IMG/VR virus record: IMGVR_UViG_3300046010_010196
Span: 1-42,183 of that record
DNA from: a virus
Taxonomy: Duplodnaviria; Caudoviricetes
Reading direction: 5' to 3' (one strand)
Length of the DNA stretch: 42,183 nucleotides
In this document: one piece after another, positions 36,194-42,183 of the stretch
How positions within the stretch are numbered: position 1 is the first letter of the stretch
Layout of the letters: each line of letters opens with the position of its first letter
Translations under genes and position numbers: made by a program
Notes under the pieces: model-generated
Database searches by the model: none
What the model was told of the DNA's origin: nothing
Seen by the model: only the letters and a program-made list of their open reading frames with translations

Positions 36194-36723
36194 GATTCAG
36201 GATTGGAGACTTGGTTGGAGTGAGGGCTGGACATAAGTACTCGTTCCGTTCTGGAGTGGTAATCGCCGACAAGGGAAACGAGTATGTACTTCGGTTCCTT
36301 GAAGACGAAATGGCCCGGGGAGTTGTCGGTGGATTCACTGGCGCAGACTTGACTCCACTGATTGATGAGTTTCGCGAGGGGGATTACTTCGAGTTCGTCA
36401 GGAGCCGGCTGAAGAAGCTTGAGACCACCAATGAAAATCTTCTGCACTGTGCAGTTGGCTGTGCGACCGAGGCAGGAGAGCTTTTGAGCACTGCAAAGAA
36501 AGTGTCGTTCTACGGCAAGCCTCTTGAGCCGGCAGTGCTAGAGAACATCATCGAAGAGCTCGGTGACATCCTCTTCTACGTTGTCGGGGCCTGCAGTACT
36601 GTCGGTGTTAGCTTGGCAAGGGTTGCTGCAGAGAACCAGAAGAAGCTGGAGAAGAGGTATCCAGCTGGATATTCTGACTCCGACGCTTTGGCTCGTGCAG
36701 ATAAAGGGGGCAGCGATGCTTAG
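36190..36723 (+). CDS. mazG: MazG-like nucleotide pyrophosphohydrolase
   Basis: GCATEAGELL..AKK, EELGDILFY, N.KKLEKRYP; N-terminal KOW/SH3-like FRIGDLV segment. Confidence 0.85.
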   Translation: MRFRIGDLVGVRAGHKYSFRSGVVIADKGNEYVLRFLEDEMARGVVGGFTGADLTPLIDEFREGDYFEFVRSRLKKLETTNENLLHCAVGCATEAGELLSTAKKVSFYGKPLEPAVLENIIEELGDILFYVVGACSTVGVSLARVAAENQKKLEKRYPAGYSDSDALARADKGGSDA

Positions 36724-37051
36724 ATTGAAGAGAGCGGCCGGAGAATCTTTAACCCTCCGTGTCCCGCCGAACAGCGGGGCTCAGTTGGTTGGCGTGAAAG
36801 TGCTTGAGGTTCAGACTCGAATCGAACCGCGGGTTACGCTTTCCGTCGATAGTGTCATCCGGGTTTACGGGAACTACCGAGAGGGGCAGATGCTAAGGAT
36901 TGTCATTCCTTCGAGAGACCGGGTCCAAGAGGTCCGAATCTCTGTGCTGGATGGACAGCTTAGCGGGTACAGTGCAATGCTCGGGATTGCGGCGAATAGT
37001 TGTGTTCATATCTTAAGGGATGAATTGGAGCTCGAAAACGATGGACAGTAG
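36716..37051 (+). CDS. csrA: CsrA/RsmA-like RNA-binding protein with an apparent tandem duplication
   Basis: MLRLKRAAGESL at the N-terminus and LGIAA...VHILRDEL at the C-terminus match the CsrA termini; 111 aa, about twice the usual length. Confidence 0.65.
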   Translation: MLRLKRAAGESLTLRVPPNSGAQLVGVKVLEVQTRIEPRVTLSVDSVIRVYGNYREGQMLRIVIPSRDRVQEVRISVLDGQLSGYSAMLGIAANSCVHILRDELELENDGQ

Positions 37052-37559
37052 GCTCCTGAGGATTGAGAGATATCCGGGATACTTGTTCGGAAGCGATGGC
37101 TCTGTTTTCTCTGAGATAAGCACGAGGTTCCTTAAACAGCAAAAAAGAAACGGATACCTGTCTGTTACGCTTTGCTGCCGAGGGGTAAAATCCCAAGTGC
37201 TTGTCCACCGTGTTATCGCAGAGGCGTTTCACGGTGCCCCTGAGAGTGTGATGCACTGTGTAAATCACAAGAATCTGAACAGGGTCGACAATAGAGCCGA
37301 TAATCTTGAATGGGTTACGCAGTCCGAGAACGTCAAGCACGCATACCGATTAGGTGCTCGAATAATAGGCGATTGTCATTCCGAAAGATGCCGCAATCTG
37401 GGCCTTTCGAAACGGAAGACAGACAGCTCTACCGAGGATAAAATATGCGAGATGTACAGAGGCGAGCGAGGCGACTTAACTCGAATCGCTAGAAGCTTTG
37501 GGTTTGATAGGTGTGTAGTAAAAAGGGTTTTAATAGAGAGAGGGTTGTACAATGTCTGA
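37041..37559 (+). CDS. HNH homing endonuclease
   Basis: YPGY...SDGSV, GYLSVTL, VHRVIAEAFHG, VNHKN.NR.DNRADNLEWVT.SEN..HA. Confidence 0.9.
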   Translation: MDSRLLRIERYPGYLFGSDGSVFSEISTRFLKQQKRNGYLSVTLCCRGVKSQVLVHRVIAEAFHGAPESVMHCVNHKNLNRVDNRADNLEWVTQSENVKHAYRLGARIIGDCHSERCRNLGLSKRKTDSSTEDKICEMYRGERGDLTRIARSFGFDRCVVKRVLIERGLYNV

Positions 37560-38226
37560 AAGTGTCAAGCAGGTGTATCGAGCGATATGTTTTGTTCAAG
37601 CTGACTTGTGCGACGTGGGTATTTCTAAGTCAAGCAGGAACTCGAGTCAGGGCTATAACTTCAGGTCAATCGACCAGATTTACAATGTTCTGTCTCCTAT
37701 TCTCGCGAAGCACGGGCTGTGCATTCTCCCGAGGATGATTTCTCGGACGTGTGACGAGGTGCCCACGAAGTCCGGCGGTTCGATGCGGTATGTAGTGGTC
37801 GAGGCTGAGTTCGACTTCGTTTCAAGCGAGGACGGAAGCACTCACACCGTGAAGACCTTTGGAGAGGCGATGGACTCTGCAGACAAGGCCACTAACAAGG
37901 CGATGTCGGCGGCTTACAAGTATGCAGCGTTTCAGGCATTTTCAATCCCGACTGAAGGGAACGACGATGCTGATTCCACTACTCCCGAGCCGGCCGCAAG
38001 AAGCCAGACAAGCTTTCAAGCAAAGCCAAAGCTTCCTTGGAGGCAGACTCTTATCCATGTAGGGCAAAAGTATAAGGGCCAGCCGCTCGACAATCTCCCA
38101 AAGGACGCTAAGATATGGTTTCTCGAAACATGGAGGACAGGCAAGGAAAATGGCTCGGCGGAAGACCGGGCCCTGCTCGCCGCGTTGAACGAGATGGAAG
38201 TCGAAATGAAAAATGGAAAAGCGTAA
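37552..38226 (+). CDS. erf: ERF-family single-strand annealing protein
   Basis: K..RN..QGYNFR.IDQI, GEAMDSADKATNKAMSAAYKYA, IPTEG.DDAD. Confidence 0.9.
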   Translation: MSESVKQVYRAICFVQADLCDVGISKSSRNSSQGYNFRSIDQIYNVLSPILAKHGLCILPRMISRTCDEVPTKSGGSMRYVVVEAEFDFVSSEDGSTHTVKTFGEAMDSADKATNKAMSAAYKYAAFQAFSIPTEGNDDADSTTPEPAARSQTSFQAKPKLPWRQTLIHVGQKYKGQPLDNLPKDAKIWFLETWRTGKENGSAEDRALLAALNEMEVEMKNGKA

Positions 38227-38644
38227 GAGCAAAAAGCCGGAGAACCTAAGCTCTCTCAAAACGAAAGCTTGGACCGAGTTTTCAAGGATGATTCGGCTAG
38301 AAGCCAGAGACCATGACACCGGCCTAGTATCTTGTGTAACCTGCGGCCATAAGGCCGAGTGGAACCGAGGTATTCAGGCCGGTCATTTTATTGACGGACG
38401 ATACAACTCTGTCATCTTCCACGAGAAGGGCGTTCACCCTCAGTGCTACGCCTGTAACGTCATCTACAACGGCAGGAAGGAAGAGTACTTCCTGTTTATG
38501 GAGCGGACCTACGGCCGAGAAGAGATAGACCGTCAGGTGAAAATGAAGTGGGAGTCCAAGCAGTTCACGAGAGAAGAGCTCGTTGAGTTGCGCAAGAAGT
38601 TCAAGGAACGGGCAGACCGTTGCATCAAGGAGTATGGCCCGTGA
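38213..38644 (+). CDS. ninG: NinG/Rap-like recombination endonuclease
   Basis: FS..IR, CVTCG, QAGHF, VHPQC..CN. Confidence 0.85.
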   Translation: MEKRKSKKPENLSSLKTKAWTEFSRMIRLEARDHDTGLVSCVTCGHKAEWNRGIQAGHFIDGRYNSVIFHEKGVHPQCYACNVIYNGRKEEYFLFMERTYGREEIDRQVKMKWESKQFTREELVELRKKFKERADRCIKEYGP

Positions 38645-38973
38645 TTGTAAAAGCTGTTTTGGATTACGCTTCCGAGCAACTGAAGATGAAGTTTCAGATT
38701 GCCCTGCTAAACAACAATATCGACATGGCACACGCTCAGGTCGACTACGCCTTTAAGCAGATTATGAGCGATGATAATACCCCGCTCGCACTTGCACTCC
38801 CCAGCGATATAGCATTTCGCTTCGAGGAGAACGGCATTTACACAATCGAAGAAGTTGTTTGCTACTCAAAGCAGGAGCTTCTAGCACTTGAGGACATCGG
38901 TCCTTGGGTGGTCTCAGAAGTGGAGAAAATGCTAAAGGGCGTGAATTTGAGTTTGCGTAAGGAAAGAAAGTGA
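38641..38973 (+). CDS. RNA polymerase alpha C-terminal domain-like protein
   Basis: EENGIYTIEEV...SKQELLALEDIG...V.EV..ML resembles the alpha-CTD helix-hairpin-helix; GTGA-coupled start. Confidence 0.65.
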   Translation: MIVKAVLDYASEQLKMKFQIALLNNNIDMAHAQVDYAFKQIMSDDNTPLALALPSDIAFRFEENGIYTIEEVVCYSKQELLALEDIGPWVVSEVEKMLKGVNLSLRKERK

Positions 38974-39004
38974 GTAAGAATCAGTGCTCGAAGGAGCCGC
39001 TGCA

Positions 39005-39661
39005 ATGGCCAGAACGCTGTTTATCATTATCATTCTTTGCTTTCAATCTATCGGGCTAGCTCAGTCAGGGCGAAACGATAAGCTTTGGTCAGACTCTTGG
39101 TCCGAGGAAAAAGAGATTCACAAGTCCGTCATAGAAATCCATTGCCGGCTGGATGCGATTACTACCTGCGGCGGGACCGGCTGTCTTCTGGAGGGCAAGT
39201 CTGCAGTAACTGCATTTCATGTAATCGACGGTGCGAAAGAGATTCGGGTCAGGTTCCATGATGGGACGTGGTCCAATGCTACGATTAAGAGTTTGGACTC
39301 AGATACAGATACAGCTTTCCTTGAGATAACCGGCGATATCCCAGAGTCTTGCGTACGCTCAAAGCTTTCGCCATGCCCGCCTGAATGCGGAGACGATGTC
39401 GAGGTCTGCGGTTTATCTGGAGGAAAAGGGCTTAGGCATTTCAATGTAAAGGTGCTAGGCTCTGACAGTAAGAAGCTTGTTCTCTCTGGGTATGTCGCAC
39501 AGGGTGATTCGGGCGGTCCGATTTTCAATATGAATGGTGAAGTGGTTGGAGTAGTTAGCGGGGGCTCGATATGGGTACGCGGAAAGACGGTCGACGGAGC
39601 AGTAAACGGAGCAAAGGTAACGACGCCGATAGTGGGGCCCCTGCTGTCCGTGCTTCGTTAG
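39005..39661 (+). CDS. Exported trypsin-like (S1) serine protease
   Basis: Signal-peptide-like N-terminus; TAFHV, D.A.L and GDSGGP catalytic triad motifs. Confidence 0.9.
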   Translation: MARTLFIIIILCFQSIGLAQSGRNDKLWSDSWSEEKEIHKSVIEIHCRLDAITTCGGTGCLLEGKSAVTAFHVIDGAKEIRVRFHDGTWSNATIKSLDSDTDTAFLEITGDIPESCVRSKLSPCPPECGDDVEVCGLSGGKGLRHFNVKVLGSDSKKLVLSGYVAQGDSGGPIFNMNGEVVGVVSGGSIWVRGKTVDGAVNGAKVTTPIVGPLLSVLR

Positions 39662-39807
39662 TCTTGCCAGAGCAGTACGACGAAGGTTATTCTTCTTTCT
39701 TGGCCGGCGATTGTCCGTGCCCCTACCCGATAGGCTCGGGCAGTGCTAGGTATTCTTGGCATCTCGGAAACATCCAAGCCAAGCTGGACCATAAAGAGGT
39801 GAGTTAG
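39571..39807 (+). CDS. Small Rmf-like protein (true start probably near 39664)
   Basis: YDEGY..FLAG..CPY......SWHLG resembles the ribosome modulation factor GY..G....CPY....W..G pattern; fills the gap between two genes. Confidence 0.45.
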   Translation: MGTRKDGRRSSKRSKGNDADSGAPAVRASLVLPEQYDEGYSSFLAGDCPCPYPIGSGSARYSWHLGNIQAKLDHKEVS

Positions 39808-40479
39808 ATGAAGTGGTTTACTGGGATTATCATTGCCCTTTTCTGTACCGTCTTGAATGCTCAGATTGACGTCAAGGCTCCAGAGCAGTCTCCCCTGAGT
39901 TCTCTGGTTTACATTACCCTGAGCGATGGCGGTTTCGATACCGTCGACCTTGAAATCTGGGCTGGAGAGCAGGAGGTCAAGTTCGAGGAAATCGTTTCTG
40001 CCTCTCCCGGCTCGAAGACTTACGTATTCACCGGACCTGCTGGAAGCTACACTGTTCGGGCTTTTGGCTGGTCGGCTGGAAAGAAGCCTGAGAAGTACCG
40101 AGGTAAGATTATCATTGGCGGAGACTCCCCGCCGACACCTCCGGGACCTCCCGCCCCTGATGTTTTAGAGGGCCTTGCTGGTATCTCCCGGGCTCAGGCC
40201 TTGAAGGTTTTCAGCGTGGCACGAGGCGAAGAGGCGGCTAAAATCGCCGAGGTTTACTTGGGTGCAGCGGCACGGGCTGCGGCACTTCCGGGCTTTACCG
40301 CCAAGGACATGACAAACGCAGTGCGAGAAGGGCTTGCCGATTTCGGGGAGTCTGAGAAGAAGAGCTGGGGCCAGTGGGCCGAAGCCATCGCTGCTGAGTT
40401 GAACAAACTCCCGCCAGACCGCGAGAAGTACATCGAAGCTTATCAGCAGATTGCCAAAGGCCTAGAGGGGGTCAAGTAA
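39808..40479 (+). CDS. Exported hypothetical protein (beta domain, Pro linker, helical domain)
   Basis: Signal peptide MKWFTGIIIALFCTVLNA; FTGPAGSYTV; PPTPPGPPAP linker. Confidence 0.7.
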   Translation: MKWFTGIIIALFCTVLNAQIDVKAPEQSPLSSLVYITLSDGGFDTVDLEIWAGEQEVKFEEIVSASPGSKTYVFTGPAGSYTVRAFGWSAGKKPEKYRGKIIIGGDSPPTPPGPPAPDVLEGLAGISRAQALKVFSVARGEEAAKIAEVYLGAAARAAALPGFTAKDMTNAVREGLADFGESEKKSWGQWAEAIAAELNKLPPDREKYIEAYQQIAKGLEGVK

Positions 40480-41393
40480 TGTTCGAACCACTTTTTGGCT
40501 ATGTACCTCCTTCCGAGTTAGGCCCCGAAGCACGGGAAGTATACGAGGAAGTCTTTGCCGGAATGCAAACATTCGCAACCGCGGCACCTCTTCTTGGTGA
40601 CACGGGAAAAGGCAAGGTGGCTTTGCTCTACAAGGCTCAAGAGAGAATCGCCCCTGTGTCCAAGGTCCGGCAGCTAATCGGAGACTGTGTTGGCCACGGC
40701 TATGCCCGAGGTGACGACATCCTTTCAAGTGTCGAGATTATCATTAAGGGTGAGTCCGAGAGCTGGCAGGGGTACAGCTCTAGCGAGTGGTTGTACGGCA
40801 CAAGCCGAGTGCTTGTTGGCAAGGGCCGCATTCGTTCGGATGGCTCCATCGGTGCTTGGGCAGCTGCTGCAATCACTGAATATGGAACACTGCTTCGAAA
40901 GAAGTATGACGAAGTGGACCTGTCTTCTTACGATGGCTCGCGGGCGAAGGAGTGGGGCTCTGTTTCAGGATTTCCAAAACAGCTGGTCGAGCTCGGCAAG
41001 CAACACGTAGTTCGCGGCACTGCTCTAGTGCGGTCCTACGAGGAAGCTCGGGACATGCTCGCGAACGGCTATCCAATCCCGGTGTGCTCTAATCAAGGAT
41101 TCTCGGACAAGAGAGACGAAGAAGGGTTTGCCCGGCCAAAGGGAATCTGGCCTCACTGCATGCTTTTCTTGGCAGTGGATGATTCTTATAAACGTCCCGG
41201 ATTGCTGTGTTGCAATCGGAGTTGGGGCGACAACTGGAATAGCGGGCCAACCAGACACGAGCAACCCGGCGGTACGTTCTGGGTTGATGCTGAAGTCTGC
41301 GACAAGATGCTACGCCAAGAGGACAGCTACGCCTTGAGTGATAAAGATGGGTACAAGGTTCGAGTCAACGACCTAGACAACCGTCCTTGGTAG
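40479..41393 (+). CDS. Papain-like (C1) cysteine protease
   Basis: Q.IGDCVGHG (oxyanion Gln, catalytic Cys), WPHCM (His), NRSWG.NW (Asn). Confidence 0.85.
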   Translation: MFEPLFGYVPPSELGPEAREVYEEVFAGMQTFATAAPLLGDTGKGKVALLYKAQERIAPVSKVRQLIGDCVGHGYARGDDILSSVEIIIKGESESWQGYSSSEWLYGTSRVLVGKGRIRSDGSIGAWAAAAITEYGTLLRKKYDEVDLSSYDGSRAKEWGSVSGFPKQLVELGKQHVVRGTALVRSYEEARDMLANGYPIPVCSNQGFSDKRDEEGFARPKGIWPHCMLFLAVDDSYKRPGLLCCNRSWGDNWNSGPTRHEQPGGTFWVDAEVCDKMLRQEDSYALSDKDGYKVRVNDLDNRPW

Positions 41394-41403
41394 GGGATTT
41401 GAG

Positions 41404-41748
41404 ATGATGAAAGCCCTAGTACTTCTGCTGATGTATGCTGCGGGTGCTGATTTCGTGGAGTACGATAAGTGGCATTCGTCTGAGAAGAAAGACGGCCGGC
41501 ACTATGTCTTGGTCTCTGCTGAGTGGTGCCCACCCTGCAAGAAGCTGAAGGAGCGACTTAGGGGTGACGAGTATTCAGGGGAGAAGATTATCATTCTCGA
41601 TGTAGATAAGCACCCCGAGCTATCCAAGAAAGTTCTTCGGGGTCGAGGAATCCCGACGATGATTGAGTACAACCTCTCGGGCGGTGAATGGAAGCCGGCT
41701 CGCTACTGGGACGGAGCTGACTTGAACAAATTTCTGCGAGGAGAATAA
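41404..41748 (+). CDS. Exported thioredoxin-like protein
   Basis: Signal-like N-terminus; SAEWCPPCK; LDVDKHPEL; GIPT cis-Pro motif. Confidence 0.88.
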   Translation: MMKALVLLLMYAAGADFVEYDKWHSSEKKDGRHYVLVSAEWCPPCKKLKERLRGDEYSGEKIIILDVDKHPELSKKVLRGRGIPTMIEYNLSGGEWKPARYWDGADLNKFLRGE

Positions 41749-41811
41749 GGGCCCGCCGGTTACAAGCTGGAAGACCGTAAACTGGTCGCCCGCCGGCGGG
41801 TCTGTTTTTTT
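41749..41811 (+). terminator. Long hairpin terminator-like element
   Basis: GGGCCCGCCGGT / GCCGGCGGGTCT stem enclosing an inner GACC/GGTC hairpin, followed by T7. Confidence 0.6.
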
Positions 41812-42183
41812 ATGCGATACATCCTACCGATTATCATTCTCATTCTGTCTCACTCGGCTTGCTATTCACAAGAAGTGCCACAGCTCCCCAGCTTCCGAGA
41901 GATACTCGAAAGACTGGACAAGAGCGACGAATTCAACTTCCGTGCACTGGATGTAATCCGGGAAGAGCTCTCTAAGGCGAGGTACGACCGAGAGCGGTTC
42001 AATACCCAACTGAGCGAGCTCCGAAGCCTTGTTTCAGGGCTGGCGGAGCTACCCGAGAGGGTTCTTGAGGCTGTCGGGCCAGTTGAAAGCTTCCGGAAAG
42101 AGCTGGAGGCACGCACAAGGCCCTTAGCTTCGATTCTGGAGAGCTTATCCGCAAGATTCGACTCGCAGGCCGCTGAAGCAGAG
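41812..42183 (+). CDS. Exported coiled-coil protein, truncated at the window edge
   Basis: Own translation: MRYILPIIILILSHSACYSQEVPQLPSFREILERL...; open to the end of the window; not in the ORF track. Confidence 0.7.
   Translation, partial: MRYILPIIILILSHSACYSQEVPQLPSFREILERLDKSDEFNFRALDVIREELSKARYDRERFNTQLSELRSLVSGLAELPERVLEAVGPVESFRKELEARTRPLASILESLSARFDSQAAEAE

Noticed and set aside
62-42116. Numerous minus-strand and nested ORFs in the track (e.g. 15483-16115, 17098-17823, 34212-34889)
   Set aside because: They are shadows of well-supported, tightly coupled plus-strand genes and carry no recognisable motifs.
1-42183. tRNA, integrase/att site, small terminase, tail sheath, DNA polymerase
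   Set aside because: None could be recognised by eye. They may lie outside the window, so lifestyle and packaging mode are not determined.

Overview
This window is a ~42 kb single-orientation (+ strand) segment of a tailed dsDNA phage or prophage with an HK97-type head and a non-contractile tail (tube and tape measure present, no sheath seen). Gene order: terminase, giant portal fusion, head cargo genes, MuF, prohead protease, major capsid, neck, tail, then a putative early replication/recombination block (SF2 helicase, MazG, CsrA-like, HNH, ERF, NinG, alpha-CTD-like) and a block of exported proteins (trypsin-like protease, papain-like protease, thioredoxin). The main observation is in the ~11 kb between the portal and MuF. 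The portal ORF is 1835 aa, and it and a 1062-aa ORF are built from modules that each begin with a conserved ~24-aa tag, K-GGPGSGN(F/H)GH(A/S)GRPG(E/Q)VGGSAPD (4 copies, diverged at synonymous sites). A fifth module in a 608-aa ORF starts with a different Gly-rich tag. The tags follow hydrophobic-(x)-K-[S/G/A] motifs like those at the predicted capsid maturation site and in the protease C-terminal extension. The tagged modules contain ADP-ribosyltransferase-like, zeta-like kinase, HhH-glycosylase-like and possibly SAM-lyase-like domains. I infer a virion-packaged, protease-released effector polyprotein system. Also seen: a -1 frameshift tail chaperone extension missing from the ORF track, a tandem CsrA-like protein, and a possible protease/thioredoxin-based lysis module. 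A Planctomycetota-like host is an inference. All family assignments come from motif recognition by eye, not from database searches.
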